Positions 47,495-58,583 of a stretch of 64,000 nt of DNA are shown here, piece after piece. The stretch comes from Dudresnaya verticillata (taxonomy: Eukaryota). Position 1 is the first letter of the stretch, and every line of letters begins with the position of its first letter. The notes below the pieces were generated by a model that was not told where the DNA came from, did not search any database, and saw nothing but the letters and a program-made list of their open reading frames with translations. The stretch is from NCBI GenBank assembly GCA_977862235.1, contig OZ374561.1, positions 620,001 through 684,000 of the forward strand. Reading direction: 5' to 3'. Made by a program: the position numbers and the translations under genes.

Positions 47495-48646
47495 ATGAAC
47501 TCCCGCTCCCACCCCCCCGCCACCGCCGCCACCGCCGCCATCGCCGCCGCCGCCCCGCCCGTCCCGCCCGCCGCGCCCGCCGCGCCCGTCCCGTGCGAGC
47601 AGTACAACGCCGTTGTGTCGCGCCTGCAGGCCGAGCTGGCCGCGCGCTCGGCCCTGCAAGCCGAGCTGCTGGCCGCGCGCGAGCAGCTGTCGGCGCTGCG
47701 CCAGGGGCTGGCGTCGTCGGCCGCGGTCGCCGCGCCGCAGCACCGCCGCCGCCAGTTTGCCGCGCGCGCCGCGCCGCCGCCGCCGCCGCCGCCGCCCAAC
47801 GACCGTGCCGTCGTCGTCGCCATGCACGCGTCGTCGGCCGACGCCGTCGCCCCGCCGTCGTCGTCGCATTCGCACCACCACCACCCCACCGTCGCCGCCG
47901 CCGCTGCTAACGCTGCCGCCGCTAACGCCGCCAATGCTGCCGTTGTCAGCGCTGGCCCCAACCCCGCCGCCTCGACCAACAAGCCGTGCGACAAGGAGAT
48001 TTTGTCCCACTGTAGTGACATCTCGGGCTGTAAGAGCGTCGCGCACCACACGGCGTCGCCCGCCGCCGACGCAACCTCGTCGGCACTCAAGAAGGCCGCC
48101 CCGCACCGCAAGTCGTCGAACAACCTCGCCACCCTCGCCGGCGCCGTCGTCAAGAAGACAAAGGCAAAGAAGGACCGCGCGCCCAAGGCTAAGATTCCGG
48201 GCCAGTCGAGGTACTGGACCCCCGAGGAGCACAAGTTGTTCCTGGAGGCACTCAACAAGTATGGTCACAAGGACTTGCGCTCCATCTCGGCGTATGTCGG
48301 TACCAGGAACATGACGCAGGTGCGCACGCACTCGCAAAAGTACTTTATGAGGCTGATGCGGGAGGCCAAGAGGCAAAACCCGGTCGTGGGGCCCAAGTCG
48401 GGCTCTGGGTCGGGTGACGAGAGCTCGCCCGCAGATGGTGTGACTGCTGTGACGACAACGGCCACGCTGGCACCGCGACCCGCCGGGATTCCCCCAGCTG
48501 GGGAGAATGGGTCTTCTGCTGACCGGCGCGGTGAGCCGCCGCCCGGTGCGGCGAAGAATGCAGACACGAGTGACAAGTACTCGGTGCCGAACACTTGCGG
48601 CATGACGCTGCTGTGCCTCGTCGGACAGGATACGCTTCCTGTTTAG
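47495..48646 (+). CDS. Single-repeat MYB-related (SHAQKYF-class) transcription factor with N-terminal coiled coil, 383 aa
   Basis: SRYWTPEEHKLFLEALNKYGHKDLRSISAYVGTRNMTQVRTHSQKYF; heptad stretch YNAVVSRLQAELAARSALQAELLAAREQLSALR. Confidence 0.92.
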   Translation: MNSRSHPPATAATAAIAAAAPPVPPAAPAAPVPCEQYNAVVSRLQAELAARSALQAELLAAREQLSALRQGLASSAAVAAPQHRRRQFAARAAPPPPPPPPNDRAVVVAMHASSADAVAPPSSSHSHHHHPTVAAAAANAAAANAANAAVVSAGPNPAASTNKPCDKEILSHCSDISGCKSVAHHTASPAADATSSALKKAAPHRKSSNNLATLAGAVVKKTKAKKDRAPKAKIPGQSRYWTPEEHKLFLEALNKYGHKDLRSISAYVGTRNMTQVRTHSQKYFMRLMREAKRQNPVVGPKSGSGSGDESSPADGVTAVTTTATLAPRPAGIPPAGENGSSADRRGEPPPGAAKNADTSDKYSVPNTCGMTLLCLVGQDTLPV

Positions 48647-48867
48647 AGAGGGGTACGAAGAAGATCAAAGACGTACAACAAACCGGCTTGCCGTTTTTTA
48701 CTTTTTTTTCTTAACTCAACGCTGTACGAGGCGTATGTGTATCACTAATTTGGGAACCAAGAGCGTTGGGTGTGGGTGGGGGGGGTGTGTTTTGAACTTT
48801 CGGTGTGTGTGTGTGTGTGTAAGACCGGAGGAGTTTGTCAAGTGTATTTGATGATGGTGACACGGTT

Positions 48868-48925
48868 ATGATGATGATGATGATGGCGGTGGTGGTGATG
48901 ATGATGATGATGATGATGGTGATGG
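48868..48925 (+). repeat. (ATG)n/(GTG)n compound microsatellite downstream of the second MYB
   Basis: Direct read. Confidence 0.8.
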
Positions 48926-51774
48926 CGGTGTCAAGGGTTTTTCGGGGAAGCTCCTGGCGTTGTAACTTTTTTTTTTTTTCTCCCCGTTCTCTTTATCTTC
49001 TCTCTCTCTCTCTCTCTTTCTCCTCTCTATCTTTCGCTATCTGTCTCCTCTGTTCCAAAACGGGTTGGACTGAACAGTCTTTACAAAGGCTACTTTTAAC
49101 ATATATGTAATGTACGTGGACGTCCGGTTGTGGAATCTGCGCGTCGCACACACAGCCGCCATGGGAAATGGGGGTGTGTTGCGGCAGCGCGACGCAAGTC
49201 GGAAATAGTTTTTCTTCTTTCTACTTCGACTACTACTGATACTACTTTGAACAAGTTGGGGAGGGTTTGTTGCTCGGTCTGACTAGGAATTGACAGGACG
49301 GTCTCGTTGCCGATGACGTCCTCGTCGGTCGGTTTGATACCAATAAACTGCAATAACATGGGTAAAAAACAAGACAACGAAATGGAAAATGGCTTGCATA
49401 TGTTTCTAGGTGTTGCTGTTACATTTGCGCCCTTTTGTGAATGGCTTTCTTCGAGCAAAAGATTTGCATCGAGAAAAAGTGCTCCATGGGGGCGTCAGTG
49501 ACGCAGAATGCGGCAGCAATAGTATGTACGGCTACGGTAGGAGAGAGAGGGTCTCCCGAGGAAAGGTTGCGAGCGAGCGGGCTAATCGGGGCCGGGCCCC
49601 GGCGCGACTTTTGGACGGCGACCGGTGGTGCATTCGCAATTGAGCGGCGAGCTCGAAATGCAAAAAATGTGGCGGGGTTGGGGGGGGGTTGGGCACGCGG
49701 ATTCGTGCACAATGTGGGGTGCAATGCGTGCCTTACGGGCATTGCGGGCAGTGTTCGGCAGACGCGGTGGCGAAAGAGAAGCAAGCGGGCGGCGGGAGAT
49801 TGGATACGCAAAATGCCTGGAGATTGGAGAGGGTTTTGAGGTTTTGTCTCGGATTTGCGGATTTGGCGTCGTGAATGATGACCGCTACGGCGCCCAAGGG
49901 ACACAGCACACGCTGCACGTAGACACGACGCACACGGCCCGCAGTCCTGCAGCCTGCGGCCTGCGTGTGGCCGCCTGTCCGCGCGCCCGCGCGCCCTCCC
50001 CGTCACCGTCCACGCCGCGCAAAGGGACGAGAAGCGCGTCAACTTTGTTGTGTATCCATCGCGGGCCGCGACCGGCGCAATGCTCGCAAATGGCATGTGT
50101 GCGAGTGCAGAGGGAGCGACCCATTGCAGCACGCGGGCGGCACGCATGCCGAACGTTGTGTGGGCCGGCGCGGCGCGGGGCCGGACGGTGGCCGCCAAGG
50201 CTCGCACATGGACAACTTGCCGCACATCCGGCGCGCTAAGCCAGGCGGCGCGGCGCTGCATGTCGCGGAGCACGTGCGTGCCGGCGCCGCGCGCCTCCCC
50301 TCCCGCTCAATGCGCGGCAGACGTGTCACGCGCGCGGAGCGCGCGCACAATTGCACGGTGCAAATGCATGCTCCGAGCCCATTGGGCCGCTGCAACGGGC
50401 GCGCTGTCTGGCCGATGCGGCGCGCCAGATACGCGCGCGCGCGCGCCAATGGGCGCGCCGCGCCGCGCTGACGCGAAAGCGCGCGCGACAGCGCGCGTGT
50501 CAGCCGACGCACGCCGCGTCAGCCGCGCGCGCCGCGCCGCTCGCGCCGCAGAGGACCGCCGCCCGCGAGGCAGGAGGCGGGCGTGCGCGCGGCCGCGCCC
50601 GCGCCCCGAGCACGGCCGGGCCACGCGCAGCCGCGGACGGCGCCAGCTGGCTGCGCGAAGGCGCGCCCGGCGCGCGCCGCAGCTCGGCAGCGCTCCCTGG
50701 CTGCCCGGCATGCACAGCTCGCGCGGCCGACGTGTCAAATTTGGGGCGGTGCCGTGCTGCGCTCGCTCGCGCTCTGACGCGGCGTGTGTGTGCGTGTGAG
50801 TGTGTGCGTGCTGTCGGTCGCGCGCGGCGCAGTTGCTGGTTGCACCTGGGTGGCTGCAGCTGTGGCGCCAGCAGATTGCGGGCAGCAGCTGCACAGCAGG
50901 CGCAAGCTCCAGCGCGCCCGGCGGGCGCGAGCTCACTCGCGCCAACCGCACGGGCGAATGGGCTGTAATCTGCCACGCGATATGGCGCACTGTTGCTGTG
51001 AACGCGGCCTCGCTGTGCGAGCTTTTCTACGGCGCGCCTTCGCACCAGGCGGCACGCGCTGCGCGCCAGCGCCAGCACAGCACGCCAGACGCGTGCCCGC
51101 GTGTCCGCGAGAGAGTCGTGAGCTCAAGCCCAATGCGCAGTCTCGTCTGTCTGGCAACGCACAGCAGTTGCGCGCCCACTGGCGGCAAAATCTCCCGCTG
51201 ACGCGCGGCGGCCGCTGCTGTACCCTTACATATCTGTTATCACCTCAACCTCGCCGCGGTCTCTGTCCACATTTCTTTGTTGATAACTGCCCACGCCTCC
51301 TCTTCCTTTCTCATCTAAAGTTTCTCGCACTTGTTGCCGTGCGCGCAAGTGCCTCGCACACACGGCATGGACGAAATTGCGTTGGCAACTCGCGCCGCGT
51401 GAGAATAGAAACACCGAGACACACGAAAACGATGCCGTGGTCCGTCGCGCTTTGCACAGTCGCCAACCGAACATAACATAGATACTGTGGTACTGTTGTA
51501 TGTAACCTGTGCCACCGCGCCGCGGGCGCAACACCGACCGGACCGACCAAGACACAAGCACCGCCGCAGTCTGGCAGTGACCGACCGCGGCGGCAAACAG
51601 CGCGCGCAAGTGACGCACACAAGTTGACTGTTGTGCTCTTTACACCCCGCGTCTGTAATCCCTTGCTTACACTCGTCCACCGCGTCCCCGCCTTACACCA
51701 AAATTACACCGCACCATCCCGCTTCCGCGCCCTTCCGCCTTCCCCCTTCCGCCTTCCGCCGGTCTGTCTGTCTA

Positions 51775-51813
<39 letters not shown>

Positions 51814-52918
51814 CCACAAACATTTACGCCCCCGTCCTCTCACGCTCTCAGTAAAGGTCACAAACTCTCTCTCTCTCTCTCTCTCTCCCCCCTCCTGTCC
51901 ACCGCCGCCGCGCGCGTGTATGTACAGTACAGTTGTCACTGCACATGTATCTCTGTGTGCAGCGCGAGCGCTGACCACCACGAATAAGCGCAGCGCGTCG
52001 GCGCACACACACACTCACATTGCAAAATTTCGGCCAAGCACCGACAAGCTGCACGGCCGCGCGGCCGTGTGCATCTATCCCATCCGCCTCCTCCTACATA
52101 CTGCGGCGGTGCTCGCGCTCGACGCGTCCGTAAGAGCCGAGCGCACTGGCGCGAGCCGCTTTGCCCTTTTTAAACAGCGCGCGCACTCGCACATGACGCG
52201 CGCACACGCTCTCACACGTTGCTGCGCTTGCGCGCGCCGCGCCGCGCCGCGCCGCGCCGCGCCGCGCTGTCCCTCGCGTAAACGCCTTGGCCACACGCGC
52301 ACGCGCGTCAGCGCGCCCGGCCTGTGCCCGCATGTAACACAAACACGCCAGACACTGCCCGTCGCGACACGCCGCGCAAGCGCAACACGCGCGACACCGC
52401 TGCCGCCACAACCGTCGTCACGCTCGTGCAACCGCCCCCGATTTTCCCGGCCTTTTTGGACAACGCCCCGCGCCTCTCCGCTGTCTTCTGCCCCGCAAAC
52501 ACCCCCAACTGTTGTCACCAGCGCCAACGCCCCGCGCTTTAATCTCTTTGTATGCAGTGCCCCTTGCGTTACGCTCGCGCTGTATGCTGCCCACCAACGC
52601 CTGTGCCACCCTTCCGTGCCGCACGTCTGCACCCCACTCTTTCCTGCCTGGCCCTCGTTGTTTTACACTCGTGCCCCTCCCGCCACGCCCCTGCCTGTCC
52701 AACACTGCCACCCACTGACCCACATTGCCGCAATGCTTCGACGCGCCCTCAATTCACAAGAATATCACTTTGTGCTTGTGCTTTTACCATTGCGTTAGTT
52801 CAATACACAGTCTGTTAAAATCCAACCATCTCTTTCAGTTAACGTCTAAAAAACTAAAACCCGCCCAACGTCGCGGCCCAGCCCAATACTCCACAACCTT
52901 CATCTCTCGCGCTCTCTC

Positions 52919-55900
52919 TCATCCCCAGTAAGTGCTCGACTTGCGTCGGTGCTTTTTCTTACTCCCGCCAAACGACTCAATCCAGCTCTGAGGAATGCAC
53001 ATCTCCTTTTCGTCCGCAAGCAGCGGCCGTAGCTGTGGTCGCCCGTCGTCGTCGAGCTCCACAGAATCCACTCCTCGTAGCACGTCAGGTCGCTCCAGCT
53101 TTCCTGCAATCCCATTAAACATTCCCTTGAGAATCCCGATTGTTGGCTCGATCTTGCGACCCTCCCCGCGACGGCTAAAGTCCCGCAGTTCAAACCCCTC
53201 AATCGACTTGGCTCCGGCCATACGTTGGATGTGGTATACAATCGTCGACTCGTACAGTCCAAACCGCTCTGGACCCGATGACAGACCAACCTTTCCTTTG
53301 TGCTCTGCAGGTCTGTCCAGTTCATCGTTCACCACCTTCAGCCATAGAGTCACCAGATTTCGGCTCTTGCCGATCAGACGCTCGCCAGTCCACATCCGGT
53401 CACCGCGATCTCCATCGGGGTCAAACCCTTCTAGTGCAGATACCTTAAACTCAGGATACGTTCCGCATTCACTGCCAACAATCTCACAGAGAAGCACACA
53501 GTTGTTAATCACACGAACCGTTCTAAATCCAACCGGGAATACAATCCCATTGCGGCAGAACCCCGCTTCATTCACCCGCAGTTCACCCAAGCTCACCAAG
53601 TAGAGCCCATCCCCGAGATTAGCAGGCAAAATCAGCCTGCCCTCATAGTCTGTCGGGATAAATACAATTGTTTCCCGAAGAGTGCGCGGTCGACCGGTCG
53701 GAGCAGATGGATAAAGAGAATCCACCTTTCGCTTCATTCGCGGTTTGTCCTCGCCGCGTCGCAACAACTCTACTTTGGGCTTTTCTTCCACCACTTCCAT
53801 CTTGACCACACTTCTCTCTTCCTTGACAGGGGTATGCTCCTGCAATCTCCTTGAAGGAGCCCCTTCTTCGTCTTGCGTGTAGTGCTCAAAGTGTGGGTCA
53901 TTCGCGCGAGACCGAAAGTACCGCACAAGAGCAAACGCTCTCTTAATACCCGATGACGCCTTTGGCATTGCAGCACGCTTTAGCGCCTTGAGGTCACCTC
54001 CGTTCTTCCTCTGCCACGCCTTCATCGACGAAAAAAACGACAGTTCCTGGTCCACCCCCATATATTCCCATCCGTTTAGACCATACCTATCCACACCAAA
54101 CAAAAGAGACCGATCATGGGAGCTCTTCCACCATAATGGAAGGTCACGTGTCTTCTTAAACCCTCGGAGAATCGAATTGATCTTCGGGTGCGTCAGCACT
54201 TCACCGCGGAGAACGCGGAAGAACTGAAGCCTTTCAATTAACCGCTCGGCACGTTCCACTGTCAGAGTACTAAAGACCTGCGACGCCTTTTTCGCTTCGT
54301 TGATTTTCTCAACGCGGTCATAGTCCTCATCTTCCTTGGCAGCCAGAAGATCACTGATCCGATGCGCTTCCGACAATAGCTCAAGGTACGCCGCGTTGAG
54401 CGTTTCGTCATACTTGGCGCTGAAGCCCTCCACTTTTGTGTGAAACCAGTCCCAATCCACCGTCTTCGCATCCGGCTTGTAGTCGACGCCAAAGTTGGAG
54501 AGCGCCTTTTCAAACTCAACGGCCTCCTTTTTGGAGAACGGCTGAGACTTTGCGATGCGACGCTCTTGACGCTGCTTGTTCTTCTCGGCTTCCTTTTCCG
54601 CCTTTCGCGCAGCCAGGTCATCCTTCCTCTGCTTGGCGCGGGAAGCCGCAAGCTCCCTCTTTTTCAGTTCGCGCTGATCCCGGTCATATTCCTTCGCGCA
54701 CGAGTTGATGATCGACTTTAGTCGGCGCATCAACGCCTCGGTGCCGGGAAATGGCACCAGTCCGTTCTCGTCAGCCATTGATTCCGCCGCAGCCTTTGCA
54801 TCCTCTGGATCATTGAAACCGTCTTCATTGCCAATGCGGGGACCGCGCTTCGGAACAACGCGAACGAGTTTTTTCTTTGGCTTTGGCGCATCCGCGCTTT
54901 CTCCCAAGTCCTTGTCGCTATTCTTTTCCATGCTGTCCTCGCCTCCACCCTTGTGGTCAGACGGAGACATATCCGAGTCATCCATCGCATGGTCAGCAGA
55001 GTCCTCACCCCTGCTCTCGTCCTTGCGCGCTGCGCGGTCACCCAACTTGAGCCTCTTTTTAGGATTGTGAATCGCTCCATCCACACCATTCTCCTCTGCA
55101 ACGTCGTCGTTCATGTTGCGCTCATCCTCGTCTTCGTCTGCATCCTCATCGTCGTCCTCATCGTCGTCCGACCCGTTGACGCCGTCGCCACTCTTTTCAC
55201 TCTTCGTACCCGTAAGAGGCTTCTTTACCGAAGCCGGTTTCGAGTAGCGCGCGTGAAAGCCGAGGTCCGGGTCTGTGCGAATAGGGTCTGGATTTCCATA
55301 GCCATGCTTGTACGAACCGAGGATGAGGTCGGCGTCATCCTCTGACGTCCAGTACAAGGCGGGCGGTGGGGTAAAGACGCGCAGTTCTCCCGCACGTAGA
55401 CGCTCCAATGAAGGGTGGTCGTGGATGTCGCGCAGGCGGCTTAACAGACGGAGTTTTCGCGCCCAGCGAACAAACTTTCGCTGCTCGCTTGGGATCGACT
55501 CCTTTTTTGCAATGTCAAGGAGGTTGTGAATTTCCTCTTCGACAGCGGGCTCGTCAAGGCCCTGGGACAGGGGCTCCTCTCTCAAAATCTCCATCAGGGC
55601 CTTGCGCTCGACACCGGGACGGGCGTGAACATAGCAATGAGCAACAAACTTGCGCGCGACGGGGATGAGCTCGTACGGCTGGCGCTCGGAAAGACGGCCG
55701 TTGGTGGCTGCGACGATTTCGTCCCAGCGGCCATAGCCAAGCTTCATCATCTGGGTGCGCAGTGCGTTGTGCTCTGCCTTTATCCACTCGCGGCGCTTGC
55801 GCTTCTTCGAGTTGTCCTGCGGGACGTGTCGTACCATGTCTGCAGGGAGGGTAAAAACGAGCTCACAGTCTGCCATTCTGATAACGGTGTCCGAGGCGAG

Positions 55901-56272
55901 CGGGAACGGGTCCGAGTCGGGGGTGAGACGGACGGGGTCGTCTGCGGTAGGGGTTTGGACGGAGACGCCATTCTTGCCGAGGCAGGAGAGGAAGAAGCGC
56001 TTTGTCTTGCGATCGAGGTCGAGGCGGGCATGGGCGCGCGAGAGCTTGCTGGAGACGCCTAGGCCGAGGTCGACGCCGTCCTTGGCCGGCTTGAACGGGT
56101 CGGTGTGGACGGCCTGCTGGTCCGAGCGGCCTAGCAGCAACGTGGGCTGACGCACGACGTGCTTGAACGGGAGCTCGCGCGCGTCGACGACGACGCGGCC
56201 CTCCAGACGCGCCAGCATCTTGGGCTTGGGCTTTGGCGGGCGGGCGTGCGGGTAGCTGCTCTCGGAGACCAT
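52919..56272 (-). CDS. FHA + two CHD-type SANT/SLIDE-like modules + FYRN/FYRC chromatin protein lacking a Snf2 ATPase, 1117 aa, single exon
   Basis: FHA: LLLGRS, KLSRAHA, LGKNGV. CHD-like tail motifs: WIKAE...LGYGRWDEI, WTSEDDADLILGSYKHGYG...IRTDPDLGF, LMRRLK, FSKKEAVEFEKALSNFGV, LPLWW...HDRSLLFGVDRYG. FYR: LYLVSLG...IVFPVGF, SGPERFGL...IQRM. First plausible ATG at 56272. Confidence 0.8.
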   Translation of the reverse strand: MVSESSYPHARPPKPKPKMLARLEGRVVVDARELPFKHVVRQPTLLLGRSDQQAVHTDPFKPAKDGVDLGLGVSSKLSRAHARLDLDRKTKRFFLSCLGKNGVSVQTPTADDPVRLTPDSDPFPLASDTVIRMADCELVFTLPADMVRHVPQDNSKKRKRREWIKAEHNALRTQMMKLGYGRWDEIVAATNGRLSERQPYELIPVARKFVAHCYVHARPGVERKALMEILREEPLSQGLDEPAVEEEIHNLLDIAKKESIPSEQRKFVRWARKLRLLSRLRDIHDHPSLERLRAGELRVFTPPPALYWTSEDDADLILGSYKHGYGNPDPIRTDPDLGFHARYSKPASVKKPLTGTKSEKSGDGVNGSDDDEDDDEDADEDEDERNMNDDVAEENGVDGAIHNPKKRLKLGDRAARKDESRGEDSADHAMDDSDMSPSDHKGGGEDSMEKNSDKDLGESADAPKPKKKLVRVVPKRGPRIGNEDGFNDPEDAKAAAESMADENGLVPFPGTEALMRRLKSIINSCAKEYDRDQRELKKRELAASRAKQRKDDLAARKAEKEAEKNKQRQERRIAKSQPFSKKEAVEFEKALSNFGVDYKPDAKTVDWDWFHTKVEGFSAKYDETLNAAYLELLSEAHRISDLLAAKEDEDYDRVEKINEAKKASQVFSTLTVERAERLIERLQFFRVLRGEVLTHPKINSILRGFKKTRDLPLWWKSSHDRSLLFGVDRYGLNGWEYMGVDQELSFFSSMKAWQRKNGGDLKALKRAAMPKASSGIKRAFALVRYFRSRANDPHFEHYTQDEEGAPSRRLQEHTPVKEERSVVKMEVVEEKPKVELLRRGEDKPRMKRKVDSLYPSAPTGRPRTLRETIVFIPTDYEGRLILPANLGDGLYLVSLGELRVNEAGFCRNGIVFPVGFRTVRVINNCVLLCEIVGSECGTYPEFKVSALEGFDPDGDRGDRMWTGERLIGKSRNLVTLWLKVVNDELDRPAEHKGKVGLSSGPERFGLYESTIVYHIQRMAGAKSIEGFELRDFSRRGEGRKIEPTIGILKGMFNGIAGKLERPDVLRGVDSVELDDDGRPQLRPLLADEKEMCIPQSWIESFGGSKKKHRRKSSTYWG

Positions 56273-56466
56273 CTGCGGGGATGCGCGCGCGCGCGGCGGC
56301 GGCGGCGGCGGCGGCGGCGGGGAAATGGTGGGAGGGGGTCTGGGGCGGCGCGCGCGCGCGCGCGCACGGAGGGGGCGGGAGCGCGGGTGCGAGCGCGGGC
56401 GGGCGGGCGTGCGGGCGGGCGCGCGCGCGGGAGGGCGGGAGAGGAGAGGAGAGGGGAGGGGAGACG

Positions 56467-56492
56467 GGCGTGCGTGCGTGCGGTGCGTGCGG

Positions 56493-56543
<51 letters not shown>
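56467..56543 (+). repeat. (GCGT)n tetranucleotide microsatellite in the 5' leader of the FHA-CHD-tail gene
   Basis: Direct read; two GGT interruptions. Confidence 0.85.
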
Positions 56544-56544
<1 letters not shown>

Positions 56545-57218
56545 GGGCGGGGGCGGGGGTGGGGGGTGGGGGGTGGGGAGGGGGACGGGCGGGGAAGAGA
56601 GTCGGAAAGGGGGAAGGGGGGAAGGGGAAAGGGAAAGGGGTGTGTTTGTTTGTGGGTAGGGTGGCGGGGGGTTGGGCGGGGGCGGGGGCGGGGGCGGGGG
56701 CGGGGCGGGTGGCGAAAGTGTATTTTACATACAAGAGAGGGTGTGGGTGCGGGCGAGGATGGCGGCGAAGCGGGTGGAAGAAAGGGGAAAGCGGCGGCGG
56801 GAGAGAGGGGCGTGTCGGCGGCGGCGCGCGCGGGCGGTCGGTCACGGTCTGGCTGTGGCTGGCGCTGGAAGAGACGCGAGCGGTTATTGCGGCGCGCGCG
56901 GCGCGGCCGCGGCGGGCGGCAGCGGCGCCAGGTGGAGGTCGCTGCACAACGCCGGGCGCGTCGTGTCACACCGCGTGCTTCCAATTGCGCCCTTTATTAT
57001 TGCCCTCGCCGCGCGCGCATCGCCCGCCCCGCGCGACTCCAAACGCAAAACAAAATCAAATCCATCAAAACACAAGGCCCCCCCCCCCCTTTTTGTGTAC
57101 AGCATGCAGCACAACACACCGCATGCGCGCGCGCGCGCCTCTTGACCACGCACACTCTGACTGTCTGTCGTACGCCACCCAAAGGGTGCCGCCCCCACCC
57201 CCCCCCCTACCCTACCCA

Positions 57219-58583
57219 CTACCCCCCGCCACACCCCGCCATCTCCGGCATCCCGCCAAGCGTCGCAGTGTTCCCGCTGCGGCTCAGCACCACCTGCAGC
57301 ACGCCGAGCGTCCGCGTCGCAAAGCCGGCCTCGCAGTAGCAAAAGTAGTAGACCCACTTGCGCTCAAACGTCTTGTCAAAGCCGGCCGCCGCCACATCGC
57401 CGCGCCGCGCGCTCTCGACAAACCGTCTCCGCCACTCGCGCAGCGTGGTTGCATAGTGCGGCCCGACGTTGTCCACGTCCTCCACGCACAAGGTGGTGTG
57501 CTGCCCCACCGCGCACACCACCGCCTCAAAACTGGGGCACACGCCGCCGGGAAACACGTGCTTTTGGATAAAGTCCGTCCCGCCGCGGTACTGCGCATAC
57601 CGCTGCTCGGGCGTGGTGATCGCCTGGATCACGGCCACACCGCCGCCTGCAAGCACGCCGTCGATGGCGGCAAAGTAGCCGGGCAGAAACTCGTGCCCGA
57701 CCGCCTCGATCATCTCCACCGACACCACACGGTCAAAGCGCTCGCCGCGCCGCGCCAGCGCCCGGTAGTCCACCAGCTCGAAGCGCACGCGGTCGCCCAC
57801 GCCGGCCGCGGCCGCGCGCTTGCGCGCCAGCGCCAGCTGCTCGCGCGACAACGTGATGCCCACGACGTGGCAGCCAAAGCGCAGCGCGGCGCGGATGGCC
57901 AGCTCGCCCCAGCCGCACCCAATGTCCAGCACGCGGCACGCCGACGTGACGCGCGCCTTGCGCAGCACGCGGTCAATCTTGGCGTGCTGCGCCGCGTCCA
58001 GCGTGCGCTGCGCGCGCGGCACGGCCGGGTCAAAGTAGGCGCACGAGTAGGTCCAGGTGTCGCCCAGAAAGGTGGCAAACAGCTCGTTGGACAGGTCGTA
58101 GTGCGCCTCGATGTTGCGCTGCGACCCGGCCACCGTGTTGCGGTGGTGCAGGCGATGCAGCAGCGCGCTGACACGCCCGCCCACCGCGGACAGCAGCAGC
58201 GCCGTGGCTGACGACAGCGCGTGCGCGTCGCGGTTGAGGATGAGCAGGCGGAAGAGGCGCACGAGGTGGTCCGCGTGCGGCACGGTGAAGTCTGCAGCCA
58301 TGAAGGCCTCTGCCAGGCCGATGTCGGCCGCGGTGGCGACGCGCGCGTGGAACGACGCCGGGTTGACCAGCGTGAGATGCGCCACCGGGCGCGACGCGGC
58401 CGCGGCGCGCGGCTCCGGCTCGCCGAACAGCGCCGACGTGCCGTCCGGGTAGTGCAGCGTGAGCGAGCCGCTGGTGATGGCGCGCGCGAGAAACTCGTGC
58501 ACGCAGAAGGCGCACACGCGGTCTGCGCAGGCGGTGGCGGCCGACGCGGCGGCGGCCAGCACGCCGGTGGGGGGGATTGTCAT
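57219..58583 (-). CDS. cfa: Cyclopropane-fatty-acyl-phospholipid synthase family (CMAS) SAM-dependent methyltransferase, 454 aa
   Basis: DIGLAEAFM, RNIEAHYDLSN, TYSCAYF, VLDIGCGWG, GITLSREQ, SVEMIEAVG, FIQKHVFPGG, HYATTLREW, WVYYFCYCEAGF. Confidence 0.92.
   Translation of the reverse strand: MTIPPTGVLAAAASAATACADRVCAFCVHEFLARAITSGSLTLHYPDGTSALFGEPEPRAAAASRPVAHLTLVNPASFHARVATAADIGLAEAFMAADFTVPHADHLVRLFRLLILNRDAHALSSATALLLSAVGGRVSALLHRLHHRNTVAGSQRNIEAHYDLSNELFATFLGDTWTYSCAYFDPAVPRAQRTLDAAQHAKIDRVLRKARVTSACRVLDIGCGWGELAIRAALRFGCHVVGITLSREQLALARKRAAAAGVGDRVRFELVDYRALARRGERFDRVVSVEMIEAVGHEFLPGYFAAIDGVLAGGGVAVIQAITTPEQRYAQYRGGTDFIQKHVFPGGVCPSFEAVVCAVGQHTTLCVEDVDNVGPHYATTLREWRRRFVESARRGDVAAAGFDKTFERKWVYYFCYCEAGFATRTLGVLQVVLSRSGNTATLGGMPEMAGCGGG

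Noticed and set aside
49096..49458. 120-aa minus-strand ORF with a partly protein-like middle
   Set aside because: No family recognised, no clear gene structure or codon bias; left under the orphan-region finding.
21803..56272. DDT protein and FHA-SANT/SLIDE protein as a functional gene cluster
   Set aside because: About 28 kb apart with unrelated genes between; co-location in a gene-dense eukaryotic chromosome is not evidence of a shared complex.
56273..56947. 225-codon N-terminal extension of the FHA protein in the ORF track
   Set aside because: Translates (GCGT)n and poly-C leader repeats; treated as 5' UTR/promoter. The same applies to the track extensions at 1538, 21584, 25760 and 29098.
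56325..58211. 628-aa plus-strand ORF
   Set aside because: Antisense shadow of the GC3-extreme cfa gene plus microsatellite translation; no protein-like features.
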